DNA of 32,000 nucleotides from Paralysiella testudinis (GTDB lineage Bacteria; Pseudomonadota; Gammaproteobacteria; Burkholderiales; Neisseriaceae): NCBI RefSeq assembly GCF_016894345.1, contig NZ_CP069798.1, positions 2,795,248 to 2,827,247 of the forward strand, read 5' to 3'. Shown piece by piece: positions 9,673 to 19,247 of this stretch (position 1 is its first letter; each line of letters starts with the position of its first letter). The notes under the pieces were generated by a model. It saw only the letters and a program-made list of their open reading frames with translations, ran no database searches and was not told where the DNA came from. The position numbers and the translations under genes were made by a program.

Positions 9673-9969
9673 TTATTCAACAATGGTGAAGTACAGGAAG
9701 TCTTTAAAGGCGCGGGGCATGATGCGCACGCGCAGGGGTTGGCCGGGCTTGAAGCCTTTAAATGCTTCGGGGTTCTTGGTTTTGATGTTGTAAATGTTGG
9801 TGTCTTGTTCGGTGCGGACGATGACGGCAACTTCGTAGTTGACTACGATTTTGCCTTCACGGTCTTTTTTCTCTTTGCGCACGATGCGGTCAAAGCTGGC
9901 TTCGATATAAAAACCTTGGGTGCTTTGGTTGCTGACTTGGGTGTTGGTGGTTTGGGTGTTGTCATTCAT
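9673..9969 (-). CDS. Probable ssDNA-binding protein (pV-like), assigned by size and position
   Basis: 98-aa soluble basic/acidic protein between Rep and the major coat gene. No recognisable motif. Confidence 0.5.
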   Translation of the reverse strand: MNDNTQTTNTQVSNQSTQGFYIEASFDRIVRKEKKDREGKIVVNYEVAVIVRTEQDTNIYNIKTKNPEAFKGFKPGQPLRVRIMPRAFKDFLYFTIVE

Positions 9970-9999
9970 GGCTTTGGTTCCTTGTGGTTTGGGTGGTGG

Positions 10000-10995
10000 T
10001 TAAATCGGCATGGCGGCGATGGTTTGGCGGTTGGTGTAGGCCCATTTGCTGCCGAGGCGTTGGGTCAATAGTTCGCTGTAGTTCTCTTGGGTCATAAATT
10101 GGTAGTCGGTTTGGCTGCGGTAGTAGCCGCCGATGATGTGGCGTTCAAACAGGTAGTTATCTACTTCGATAATCCAGTTCTTAAGCTTTTGACGCCAAAG
10201 CTTGCTGCCGGGGCTGGCAAACTGAAAATTGCTGGTGGCTATTTTCCATTTGCTTTGTTTGTCTTGGCTGGTCTGGCACAGGCGCACGCCTTTGTCGGCG
10301 CTGATGCGGCTGTCGATGTGTTTGCCGATGTACTTTGCTACGTAACGGGCTAGGCCTTTGCTGTTGGTCTTGACGGGCATGAGTTCGCTGCGGCCAAAGC
10401 CGTATTTGGGCATGGCGGTTCTTAGGTTTTTCCAATGGCGTTTGATTGCTTCATTAGCGGTTTTATAGTTGCGGGCGGCGATTTGGCGGAAGTTCAGGCC
10501 TCTGCGGATGTTGTCTTTGCAGACAACAAGCAGGTGGTAATGGATGCGGCCGCTTTTGGTTCTCTCTACTACGCGGATGTAGTGTTTGTAGTGGTGCTTG
10601 AGGAAGTTTGTGCGCAGGCTGTTAAAGCGGCGCTGGGCTTCGGACGGGCAGGTGACGTGGTCTGCGAAGGTCAGGGTCATAAAGCCGACGTGGTCTATGC
10701 CGAAGCGGTCAATCAGGGCTTTGGTGTTAAGCTCGAGGGCGTAGGCGCTTTTGCGGTGGGCGGTGGTGAACTCATTGAGTTCTGCTTCTTTGTCAGACTT
10801 GGCGCGAACTTCGGACGATGAAAAAACCGGGGCAACTTTGCCGCCTGCGGCGGCTTCGTTGGCTGCTGAAGCATCATCAATGCCGGGGCGGATTGAGATG
10901 TTTCTATTCAGACAAGGAAGCGACTTGCGGCCTGCGGCCTTCAGTCGTTCCGCTGCCGAATCGTTGCGCAACAGGGATTCTTTCAGGGCACTCAT
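10000..10995 (-). CDS. Rolling-circle replication initiator (HUH endonuclease, gene II / RstA analogue)
   Basis: Motifs MTLTFADHV, GRIHYHLLVV (HUH) and YVAKYIGK (catalytic Tyr) in the expected order. The start overlaps the upstream stop (TAATG). Confidence 0.85.
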   Translation of the reverse strand: MSALKESLLRNDSAAERLKAAGRKSLPCLNRNISIRPGIDDASAANEAAAGGKVAPVFSSSEVRAKSDKEAELNEFTTAHRKSAYALELNTKALIDRFGIDHVGFMTLTFADHVTCPSEAQRRFNSLRTNFLKHHYKHYIRVVERTKSGRIHYHLLVVCKDNIRRGLNFRQIAARNYKTANEAIKRHWKNLRTAMPKYGFGRSELMPVKTNSKGLARYVAKYIGKHIDSRISADKGVRLCQTSQDKQSKWKIATSNFQFASPGSKLWRQKLKNWIIEVDNYLFERHIIGGYYRSQTDYQFMTQENYSELLTQRLGSKWAYTNRQTIAAMPI

Positions 10996-11210
10996 TACAG
11001 GCCACCTGCTTGAATGTAGCGTTTGCCGAACAGGCAGGCACTTTCAAAACCGTGGTCAAGTTCACAGTCCTCGAAAATGATTAAGTAGGTGGGGAAAAAG
11101 CAGGAGGCGGGTTCTTCACGACCTTGGCAGACTGCAAGCCAGCCCTGAATCGGTTGGCCGTGGCTGTCGGTGCGGGTGTCCGGGTATACGGTGAACTTGG
11201 GTGATTGCAT
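10995..11210 (-). CDS. Hypothetical small phage protein
   Basis: ORF translationally coupled to rep. ATG at 11210 preceded by AGGGG. No motif recognised. Confidence 0.5.
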   Translation of the reverse strand: MQSPKFTVYPDTRTDSHGQPIQGWLAVCQGREEPASCFFPTYLIIFEDCELDHGFESACLFGKRYIQAGGL

Positions 11211-11252
11211 GAAAAGCCCCTGTGATTGATGAAGAGAATATCGGAACCTCAC

Positions 11253-11432
11253 TTACAAATATTCAAATTCATATTCGATGGGGGAAAGAACAAAGCGCTG
11301 GGCAGCTAAAGTTGCAGCCTCTTTTGTCGGGAAAAAAGACAAGCTAAGAACTTGAACAGAATCAACAACAAAAGTAAGCCAGTACTCATTAAGCGTGGGA
11401 GAGTAGGTGATTCTGAATTTATATTTTGACAT
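11253..11432 (-). CDS. Hypothetical 59-aa protein, first ORF of the prophage (below the ORF-track cutoff)
   Basis: My own translation is MSKYKFRITYSPTLNEYWLTFVVDSVQVLSLSFFPTKEAATLAAQRFVLSPIEYEFEYL. SD GAGGG lies 7 nt upstream and is embedded in the 15-bp inverted repeat at 11436-11470. Confidence 0.4.
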   Translation of the reverse strand: MSKYKFRITYSPTLNEYWLTFVVDSVQVLSLSFFPTKEAATLAAQRFVLSPIEYEFEYL

Positions 11433-11515
11433 GACAAAGCCCTCGTGATTGGTGGAATCACAAGGGCTTTATTAAGCTTACTAGCAGATTCAGGCTGGTT
11501 TGTCAAAAACCGCCT

Positions 11516-11525
11516 AAGATACTGT
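11516..11525. repeat. Core repeat AAGATACTGT (copy R), proposed prophage attachment junction on the yihY side
   Basis: Exact direct repeat of 4187-4196. Confidence 0.6.
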
Positions 11526-11736
11526 TCAATTTGGGAAATGTTGCTTGCCCCTGTGATGGGGCGAATATATAAGGCTGCCTGAAAACCTGCGGCTTCAGGC
11601 AGCATCAAATATCAACGAAACCCTATTACTGCGCATCGGTAGCGCTAATCGAACACCAACCAATCAATAAACCGCCGTCCTACAGCACAATTGGGCTAAA
11701 ATAAGCCCGTTTTACCTGAAAAGCAAGAGAGAGCGC

Positions 11737-12996
11737 ATGTTTAAGCGGCTAACCGACATTCCTTGGCTGCAAAGCCGTATCCCCGCATTTGCCCGTTTTT
11801 TATGGACACGCTTTAACGAGGTGAATGTGCCACAAGTGGCGGCCAGCCTTACTTTCACCACTTTGCTGGCGCTGGTGCCGCTGTTTACGGTTACCGTGGT
11901 GGTGATTTCGGCCTTTCCCATGTTTGCCGATATTTCCATGCAATTCAACAGCTTTATCACCTCGGTGTTGATGCCTGCTGCCGGTGCCGAATCGGTGGGC
12001 CATTATCTATTCGAGTTTCGCGACAAAGCCAGCAACCTCACCGCCATCGGCATCATCATCATGATGGTGACCTCGCTAATGTTGATTCAAACCATCGAGC
12101 GCACCTTTAACCAAATCTGGCGCGTAAACCAAGCGCGCCCGCTGATGATGCGCGTGTTGGTATATTGGGCTTTGCTTACCTTAGGCCCCTTGGCCATCGG
12201 CTTTGGCATGTCGATGTGGACGCTGCTGCTGAAAAACACCTTATTCGATTTACGCTACCCTTTTCTGAGCGCCACCGTAGGCGTATTGTCTTCGGTGCTG
12301 TTCATCACCTTGCTGCTTTTTTTGCTCTACCGGCTAGTGCCGTTTCGCTACGTGCCCGCGCGCCATGCCTTTTTGGGTGCGCTGATTACCGCGCTGCTGC
12401 TGGAAATCACCCGTCGCAGCTTTACCTTTTACGTGGCCAATTTTAATAGCTACCAGCTGGTGTACGGCGCGTTTGCCGCCATTCCGGTGTTTTTATTGTG
12501 GCTCAACCTATTGTGGATGATTCTGCTTTCCGGCGCCGTGTTTACCGCCGCGATGTCGTATTGGCAAGACCAAGCCTTTCGCCGCAACTTGGGCAGCAGC
12601 GGCCGCTTCGACGATGTTTTGCATATCTTACTGCTGCTGGATGCCGCCCAAACCGAAGGGCGCAGCCTGAAAATCCAACATTTTCGCCGCCACATCAATA
12701 TGGGCTATGACGAATTGGGTGATTTGCTGGAAAAACTGGCCGCCTACGGCTATTTGGCCAAAAGCGGTGACGGCTGGATTTTGAAAACCAATGCCCAAAA
12801 CATCGAAGTGGCCGATTTATTCCGCCTGTTTGTGTACAGCCCCAGCCAGCAAGATACCAGCCAAGTCGGCCAAACCGTACAAAACATTATGGAGCCCAGC
12901 CTAGGCGCCATGCACATGACCTTGGCCGACTTTATTGCCCGCAACCAATCATTTCACCAGCCAGACCCAATGCCTGACCACGCAGAAAACCATTAA
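11737..12996 (+). CDS. yihY: YihY/BrkB-family inner-membrane protein with a C-terminal extension
   Basis: N-terminus ...FNEVNVPQVAASLTFTTLLALVPLFTV... and a multi-transmembrane profile typical of YihY (formerly called RNase BN). Confidence 0.85.
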   Translation: MFKRLTDIPWLQSRIPAFARFLWTRFNEVNVPQVAASLTFTTLLALVPLFTVTVVVISAFPMFADISMQFNSFITSVLMPAAGAESVGHYLFEFRDKASNLTAIGIIIMMVTSLMLIQTIERTFNQIWRVNQARPLMMRVLVYWALLTLGPLAIGFGMSMWTLLLKNTLFDLRYPFLSATVGVLSSVLFITLLLFLLYRLVPFRYVPARHAFLGALITALLLEITRRSFTFYVANFNSYQLVYGAFAAIPVFLLWLNLLWMILLSGAVFTAAMSYWQDQAFRRNLGSSGRFDDVLHILLLLDAAQTEGRSLKIQHFRRHINMGYDELGDLLEKLAAYGYLAKSGDGWILKTNAQNIEVADLFRLFVYSPSQQDTSQVGQTVQNIMEPSLGAMHMTLADFIARNQSFHQPDPMPDHAENH

Positions 12997-13141
12997 AAAC
13001 CACGCTTTTGGTAAAAAACCGCAAACACAACAGCCCTCTAGCCGTATTGTTTTCTATAATAAACAGGTTTTTGATTTTTAACGTCTCACCACCCATATAG
13101 GCTGCCTGAAACAGCCCCGCGGTAACGAGACCGGGAAGCAC

Positions 13142-14482
13142 ATGAATAAATTGTCCGCGTATTACCAACTGCTGCGCCAAAGCGTGCGCAGCCTGCCGCA
13201 ACAATGGCACAAAAAACACCTGCGCTGGTCGCTACTGGTGATTGGCCTGCCCGTATCCAGTGTGATGGCGGCCTACGCCGTTACCGATGCCGCACCAGCC
13301 GCCCCTACCTACCAAGCCGAAAAAGTAATTGAGCAGCTGCCCGCCATTTTGGTGAACAGCACCCCGGCCAACAACAGCTACTGGCGCGAAGAAGTGGTGC
13401 AGCCCGGCGATAACCTCAGCCAAATTCTCAACCGCTTGGGCGTGGGCGAACGCCATATTCAAAACGTACTAAAAGACAACGACATCAGCCACCGCCTGTT
13501 ACAGCTGAAACCCAACCAAACCATCAGCGTGCGCGTGGGTGCCGATGGCGACCTCACCGACATCCAGTTTTTCAACGATGACGACAATGGCGAAAAAAAT
13601 CTGGTGGCGCTGCAAAAAACCAGCGGCGGCTGGCAGGCCAACGTGGGCGCGGTAGACACCGAAACCCTGCCCAGCTTTAAGGCCGTGGTAATAAAAACCT
13701 CCGCCCGTGGCGCTTTGGCGCAGGCACGCGTGCCGGTGGAAATCCGCGAATCATTGAACGAGCTATTTAAAGACAAAGTAGAGCTCGGCCAGCTCCAAAG
13801 CGGCGACACCATCCGCCTGATTTACAACAGCCTGTATTTCCGTGGCCAAGAGCTGGGCACCGGCGATATCTTAGGCGCCGAAATCAGCCACAACGGCAAA
13901 ATCTACCAAGCCTATTATTTTGAAGACAGCGACGGCAACGGCCAATACTACGATTTGGCCGGACAGCCACTAAAAAAAGGCTTTGATGTACAGCCAGTGG
14001 CGCGTGCGCGCGTGTCTTCTTCTTTCGGCACCCGTTTCCACCCCATTTTGCGCACCATTAAAATGCACACCGGCATCGACTACGCCGCCCCCAGCGGCAC
14101 CCCGATTGTGGCGCCGTCTGACGGCGTGGTGGAAGAAGTGGGCTACAAAGGCGGCTACGGCAACACCGTGGTGCTGCGCCACAACAGCAGCATGCAAACC
14201 CTTTACGCCCACATGAGCAGTTTTGGTCGCTTTGGCAGCGGCAGCCGCGTGAAAGCGGGGGATGTGATTGGCTATGTAGGCTCTACCGGCCGCTCCACCG
14301 GCCCGCACCTGCATTACGAAGTACGCCTGAACGGCCAGCCGGTAAACCCGGTTACCGTGGCCTTGCCCAGCCGCAAACTCGACAACAGCCAGCTGGCCGA
14401 GTTCAAAACCGAGCAGCAAAAGCTCGACCAAATCCTGGCCACCGTGCGCGACTTGCCGATTACCGTAGCCCAATTGGATTAA
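13142..14482 (+). CDS. M23-family murein DD-endopeptidase (MepM/NlpD-like) with a LysM-like N-terminal region
   Basis: M23 motifs HTGIDYAAPSGTPIVAPSDG and GSTGRSTGPHLHYEV; N-terminal membrane anchor; VQPGDNLSQILNRLGV LysM-like segment. Confidence 0.9.
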   Translation: MNKLSAYYQLLRQSVRSLPQQWHKKHLRWSLLVIGLPVSSVMAAYAVTDAAPAAPTYQAEKVIEQLPAILVNSTPANNSYWREEVVQPGDNLSQILNRLGVGERHIQNVLKDNDISHRLLQLKPNQTISVRVGADGDLTDIQFFNDDDNGEKNLVALQKTSGGWQANVGAVDTETLPSFKAVVIKTSARGALAQARVPVEIRESLNELFKDKVELGQLQSGDTIRLIYNSLYFRGQELGTGDILGAEISHNGKIYQAYYFEDSDGNGQYYDLAGQPLKKGFDVQPVARARVSSSFGTRFHPILRTIKMHTGIDYAAPSGTPIVAPSDGVVEEVGYKGGYGNTVVLRHNSSMQTLYAHMSSFGRFGSGSRVKAGDVIGYVGSTGRSTGPHLHYEVRLNGQPVNPVTVALPSRKLDNSQLAEFKTEQQKLDQILATVRDLPITVAQLD

Positions 14483-14612
14483 ACACCGTCAGCTAAAGGC
14501 TGCCTGAAACCCAAAAACCTTGGCCACCCTGCCAAGGTTTTTTATTGGCCTATTCTGCCAGCCGCCCAACGAATCAGCTAAAATACAGCCTTTCTTCCCA
14601 CAAGCGCCCGCC

Positions 14613-14987
14613 ATGCCCGCCTCTGCCCTGCCCCTGTTTTACGGTGCCGACAACGGCGGCATCGTTTGCGCCTATGCTTTCAAATCAGGTCACGTCGACA
14701 CCTTAAATTCTGAAGCCGCCGCCCACTGGCTGTAACACCACCCCGCCGAAGCGTTTTTATGGATACACGTCAACCTCAGCCACAATCAAGCACTGCCTTG
14801 GCTGCAACAACACACCGCCCTGCCCGAACTCTTCTACATCGGCGGCCTGTTCGGCATAAATGTGGGCGGCATTCCGCTGGCCGAAAATCCGCACGGCTTC
14901 GGCCTGCTGGTGTTGCTGGTGAGCGTGGGCGTGGTGGCCCCGCGGCGATTTTTTCTTCCGCCGCCGTCAGGATTAAAGGCTGCCTGA
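14613..14987 (+). pseudogene. zntB: zntB (CorA-family Zn transporter) remnant with an in-frame stop and a large internal deletion
   Basis: The ZntB-like N-terminus (...GGIVCAYAFKSG...AFLWIHVNLSHNQALPWL...) is fused directly to the C-terminal pore segment (GLFGINVGGIP...). TAA at 14733-14735 interrupts the frame. About 200 codons of a normal ZntB are absent. Confidence 0.6.
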
Positions 14988-15079
14988 AAGCCCGCCCGTG
15001 CCGCAACACAGCATGACAAAGCAACAAAAGCGCCGCATAATCAACACCGAAACCACCTCACCCAAGCAAGGAAGCCGCC

Positions 15080-15565
15080 GTGACCACCCCGCTTTACCAC
15101 GTCTTATTTTTATGCGACAGCAACAGCGCCCGCAGCATTATTGCCGAATCACTGCTCAACCGTTTGGGCAATGGCCGCTTTCAAGCCCACAGCGGCGGCA
15201 GCCATCCCGCAGGCCAAGTACACCCTTTGGCGCTGGAGGTACTTGAGCAGCAAAGCTACCCCACCGCCGGTTTGCGCAGCAAACACTGGCAAGAATTCCA
15301 CACCCCGGATGCACCCGAAATGGACTTTATCATCACCTTGTGCGACCGCTTCAACCACGACCAATGCCCCGACTGGCCGGGCGAACCGGCCAGCGCCTTA
15401 TGGCATTTTGACGACCCGGCCAAAATCGAAGGCGATCACCAAACACAGCTGGCCGCCTTTTGCCACAGCACCTTGGAAATCGCCCAACGGCTCAAGCTGT
15501 TTCTCAGCCTGCCCGCAGACAAACTGGATGCCATGGCACGCCACCACCATGTGCAACAGCCGTAA
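15080..15565 (+). CDS. LMW-PTP-family arsenate reductase (thioredoxin-coupled ArsC-like)
   Basis: P-loop LFLCDSNSARS and the second Cys pair in TLCDRFNHDQCP. GTG start preceded by AAGGAAG. Confidence 0.8.
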   Translation: MTTPLYHVLFLCDSNSARSIIAESLLNRLGNGRFQAHSGGSHPAGQVHPLALEVLEQQSYPTAGLRSKHWQEFHTPDAPEMDFIITLCDRFNHDQCPDWPGEPASALWHFDDPAKIEGDHQTQLAAFCHSTLEIAQRLKLFLSLPADKLDAMARHHHVQQP

Positions 15566-15620
15566 CCGTACGGATACAAACGATAAATAAATGATAAGCA
15601 AATACAGCCACCGTCCACCA

Positions 15621-15668
15621 AGGCTGCCTGAAAACCACCATCAATAAAACCCAACTTTCAGGCAGCCT
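15621..15668. terminator. Inverted DUS pair forming a hairpin between the arsC-like gene and fhs
   Basis: AGGCTGCCTGAA at 15621-15632 and TTCAGGCAGCCT at 15657-15668. Confidence 0.5.
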
Positions 15669-15693
15669 CCTAATTTCTCACCACGAGCCCACC

Positions 15694-17370
15694 ATGACCC
15701 AGCCCAACGACGAAACCATTGCCCGCCAAGTCAATATGCTGCCCATGAGCACCTTGGCCGCCAAGCTCAATATTGATTACGACCACATCTACCGCTACGG
15801 CCACCATAAAGCCAAAATCAACGCCGCCGAAGTATTTAAACAACCCGGCCGCCACGGCAAGCTGATTTTGGTCACCGCCATCAACCCCACACCCGCGGGC
15901 GAAGGCAAAACCACCGTTACCATCGGCCTAGCCGACGCCTTGCGCCGCTTGGGCAAAGAAGCGGTGGTGGCCATGCGCGAGCCATCGTTGGGGCCAGTAT
16001 TCGGCATCAAAGGCGGCGCGGCCGGCGGCGGCCATGCCCAAGTGGTGCCGATGGAAGACATCAACCTGCACTTCACCGGCGACATCCACGCCATCGGCGC
16101 CGCCAACAACCTGCTCGCCGCCCTGCTCGACAACCACATCTACCACGGCAACGCACTGGACATCGACCCCAAAAAAGTCAAATGGCGGCGCGCGCTTGAT
16201 ATGAACGACCGCCAGCTGCGCCACATCATCAGCGGCGCGGGCAACCACAGCGACGGCGTGTTGCGCCCCGACGGCTTCGACATCACCGTGGCCTCGGAAA
16301 TCATGGCCATCTTATGCCTAGCCGAAGATTTAAACGACTTAAAACAGCGGCTGGGGCAAATCATCGTGGCCTACAGCCGCAGCGGCGCACCCGTTTATGC
16401 CCACCAGCTCAAGGCCGCCGGTGCCTTGGCCGCCCTCTTAAAAGAAGCCATCCACCCCAATCTGGTGCAAACACTGGAAGGCACCCCCGCGCTGGTGCAC
16501 GGCGGGCCGTTTGCCAATATTGCCCACGGCTGCAACTCCGTATTGGCCACGCGGCTGGCGCTGCATCTGGGCGAATTTGTGGTTACCGAAGCCGGCTTCG
16601 GTGCCGACTTGGGTGCCGAAAAATTCTGCAACATCAAATGCCGCAAAGCCGGGCTCAAACCCGCCGCCGCCGTGCTGGTGGCCACCGTGCGCGCCCTTAA
16701 ATACAACGGCGGCGCGGCCAAAAACCAGCTGGCCACGGAAAATCTCGATGCCCTGCAAAAAGGCCTGCCCAACCTATTGCGCCACATCCGCAACCTGCGC
16801 GAAGGCTTCGGCCTGCCCTTGGTGGTGGCCATCAACCGCTTTGCCAGCGACAGCGAGGCCGAAATCCAACTGATTCAGGCAGCCTGCGCCCAGCATAGCG
16901 TGGCCGCCGTACTCACCGATGTGTGGGGCCAAGGCGGCGCCGGTGGCACCGATTTGGCCAGCACCTTGCTACATACCATCGACAACAGCGCCAACAACTT
17001 CCGCTTAAGCTACGACAACAGCGACAGCATGGCCGCCAAAATCAACAAAATCGCCACCCGCATCTACGGCGCCGCCAAAGTCAGCTTCACCCCGCAAGCG
17101 CTGGCCGATATGGACAAACTGGCCGAAATCGGCTTAGGCCACCTACCGGTGTGCATGGCCAAAACCCAATATTCCTTTAGCGATGACGCCACCCAACTCG
17201 GTGCACCCAGCGGCTTCACCCTGCATGTGCGCGCCGTGGAAGTGGCCGCCGGTGCCGGTTTTGCCATCGCCCTGTGCGGCAACATCATGCGCATGCCCGG
17301 CCTGCCCAAAACCCCAGCGGCAGAAAACATCGACATCGACGAACACGGCCAAATCCACGGCCTGTTTTAA
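15694..17370 (+). CDS. fhs: Formate-tetrahydrofolate ligase
   Basis: 558 aa with the conserved [15 protein letters not shown]-loop and full-length FTHFS-type sequence. Confidence 0.95.
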   Translation: MTQPNDETIARQVNMLPMSTLAAKLNIDYDHIYRYGHHKAKINAAEVFKQPGRHGKLILVTAINPTPAGEGKTTVTIGLADALRRLGKEAVVAMREPSLGPVFGIKGGAAGGGHAQVVPMEDINLHFTGDIHAIGAANNLLAALLDNHIYHGNALDIDPKKVKWRRALDMNDRQLRHIISGAGNHSDGVLRPDGFDITVASEIMAILCLAEDLNDLKQRLGQIIVAYSRSGAPVYAHQLKAAGALAALLKEAIHPNLVQTLEGTPALVHGGPFANIAHGCNSVLATRLALHLGEFVVTEAGFGADLGAEKFCNIKCRKAGLKPAAAVLVATVRALKYNGGAAKNQLATENLDALQKGLPNLLRHIRNLREGFGLPLVVAINRFASDSEAEIQLIQAACAQHSVAAVLTDVWGQGGAGGTDLASTLLHTIDNSANNFRLSYDNSDSMAAKINKIATRIYGAAKVSFTPQALADMDKLAEIGLGHLPVCMAKTQYSFSDDATQLGAPSGFTLHVRAVEVAAGAGFAIALCGNIMRMPGLPKTPAAENIDIDEHGQIHGLF

Positions 17371-17475
17371 GCGGCCACTGACTAAACCAAGTTGTCGCTG
17401 CTAAATATCGGAATGTAACCTAGCCCAACTAGGCGCACACCGCCCTTTTTTGCTATAATGCGCCCGCTTCTGTAC

Positions 17476-17551
17476 GCGCCCATCGTCTAGAGGCCTAGGA
17501 CACTGCCCTTTCACGGCGGCAACCGGGGTTCGAATCCCCGTGGGCGTGCCA
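17476..17551 (+). tRNA. tRNA-Glu (anticodon UUC)
   Basis: GCGCCCA-TC-GTCTAGAGGCCTAGGAC-A-CTGCC-CTTTCAC-GGCGG-CAAC-CGGGG-TTCGAAT-CCCCG-TGGGCGT-G-CCA. Close to the E. coli tRNA-Glu architecture. Confidence 0.9.
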
Positions 17552-17611
17552 ATAAAAAAGCTCGGTTTTGCAAAGCCGGGTTTTTGGTTTAATGAATCAT
17601 CCCGATACAAC

Positions 17612-17654
17612 AAGGCTGCCTGAAAGCGCAATTAAAACGCTTTCAGGCAGCCTT
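17612..17654. terminator. Bidirectional terminator hairpin built from an inverted DUS pair
   Basis: Perfect 17-bp stem AAGGCTGCCTGAAAGCG / CGCTTTCAGGCAGCCTT with a 9-nt loop. Sits between the convergent tRNA-Glu and GT39 genes. Confidence 0.75.
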
Positions 17655-17675
17655 TTACTTTATTTCTCCTCAACC

Positions 17676-19247
17676 TCAACCGCAAGCCGACGTTTGGCCG
17701 GGCACAATATGCCAAATGGCCTGACCTTGGTATTCGAATACCGGCGCTTGGCTTTGCAACAGCGGATATTGCTCGGCAGTGCTTTGGCCAGCAATCAGCC
17801 ATTTGGGCGCGCCGGTGCAAACGGCGGGCAATAATTGCGCCGGTAAGCTTAGGTATTGCGATGCCAAGGCGGGGGTGAATTCGGCGGCATCAGCGATTTC
17901 TTTTTTCCAGTTGTCGCGGGCCTGAATCTCCGGGTCTTGCCAGTTGTCCACAATATGCACCGGTGTGGTCAAGGCGGCGTAAAACGGCACTGAAAAATAA
18001 TAGCTGCCGAGCATCATTACTTCGTCGCCGCTGCGCAAGTGTTGCTGAAGATAGTGCCCCAAGGGCTGCTCATGGCGCACTTTGGCCAACTGCAAGGTGG
18101 TGAGCAGGGCGGCGATGATGCACAGCAGTGCCGAAACGGCCACAATGGTGCCGGTATAAACGCGACCACCGCTTTGCCCTGCCACCACGCGCGCACGATG
18201 GCGCAGCACCAAGGCATCGGCGCACAAGTACACCAGCGGCAGCACAGCAGGCAGGATATAGCCCACCAATTTCGATTTGGGCAAGGAGAAAAACAGGATA
18301 ATCACCGCCGCCCAAATCCACATCAGCCAGCGCATATCGGCATGGGGCGTGCCCGTATTAAGGCTGCCTGCGCGGATGCTGCGCCATAGCGGATAAGCAA
18401 ACGGCAGCAGAAACAGCGCCAACAAGGCCGAATAAAACCACCATGGGTGCATATTATTGAAGCCGCTTTTGGCAAAGCGCTCGAAATGCTGCACCACAAA
18501 GAAATAATGGAAAAAATCAGGATAGCGCTGCTGCATCGCCCACAGCCACGGCACCACCAAGGCCAACAACACCAACCAGCCGCGCCCGCTCAGCAACAGC
18601 TTGGGCAGCCATTTAAGCTGGCGTGTGGCCGCCAGCCAGCACAGCAAGGCCAGTGCCGGCAGCACCAAGCCAATCAGCCCTTTGGCCAGAAAGCCCAGCC
18701 CGGCAAAGGCATACGCCCACGCCAACACGGTTTGGTAACGCCCGCCGTTGCGCAATAAAAACACACTGTGCGCCAGCAGCACCAAGGTGGCGGTAATCAT
18801 GCCCGCCACCAGCATATCCAAATTGGCATACTGGGCGCCGCCGAACACCAACGGCTGCACCAGCGCCAGCAGCAAAAACAGCCGCGCGGTCGGCACATCT
18901 TGCCGTTGGCGCACCCATGCATACACGGCGGCAATGCCCACGGTGGCTCCAATCACCGGCGCCAGCCGCCCCACCCATTCGTGCAAACCGAACACCTTTA
19001 ATCCGGCCGCAGTAATCCAGTAAAACAAAGGCGGTTTGTGGAAATAAGGAAAGCCGTTTAGCGTGGGGGTAATCCAGTTGCCGCTGCGCAGCATTTCCCA
19101 CGCCACACCCACATAGCGCCCCTCATCCGGCACCAGCAAAGGGCGGAACGGCGTCCACAGCAGCAGCCACGCCAAAATCAGTACCACCACCCAAACCAAG
19201 TGGGCGGCACTCAACCGCCTTGTAGCAGAATTTCCCAGCCGCATCAT
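17676..19247 (-). CDS. GT39 (ArnT/PMT-like) lipid-carrier-dependent glycosyltransferase
   Basis: Multi-transmembrane protein with the GT-C motif LLVPDEGRYVGVAWEM near the N-terminus. I chose the ATG at 19247, which overlaps the PAP2 stop (TGATG). The 127 upstream codons of track ORF 17676-19628 overlap the PAP2 gene and look non-coding. Confidence 0.8.
   Translation of the reverse strand: MMRLGNSATRRLSAAHLVWVVVLILAWLLLWTPFRPLLVPDEGRYVGVAWEMLRSGNWITPTLNGFPYFHKPPLFYWITAAGLKVFGLHEWVGRLAPVIGATVGIAAVYAWVRQRQDVPTARLFLLLALVQPLVFGGAQYANLDMLVAGMITATLVLLAHSVFLLRNGGRYQTVLAWAYAFAGLGFLAKGLIGLVLPALALLCWLAATRQLKWLPKLLLSGRGWLVLLALVVPWLWAMQQRYPDFFHYFFVVQHFERFAKSGFNNMHPWWFYSALLALFLLPFAYPLWRSIRAGSLNTGTPHADMRWLMWIWAAVIILFFSLPKSKLVGYILPAVLPLVYLCADALVLRHRARVVAGQSGGRVYTGTIVAVSALLCIIAALLTTLQLAKVRHEQPLGHYLQQHLRSGDEVMMLGSYYFSVPFYAALTTPVHIVDNWQDPEIQARDNWKKEIADAAEFTPALASQYLSLPAQLLPAVCTGAPKWLIAGQSTAEQYPLLQSQAPVFEYQGQAIWHIVPGQTSACG

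Noticed and set aside
11574-11603. A DUS-pair hairpin (GCTGCCTGAA / TTCAGGCAGC) considered as a transcription terminator.
   Set aside because: In the reconstructed pre-insertion locus it sits between divergently transcribed wrbA and yihY, so nothing would terminate there. It is more likely simply an uptake-sequence pair.
11306-11608. A 100-aa minus-strand ORF in the prophage/yihY junction region.
   Set aside because: It runs through the DUS hairpin and the proposed attachment core and overlaps the better-supported 59-aa ORF in another frame. It has no RBS.
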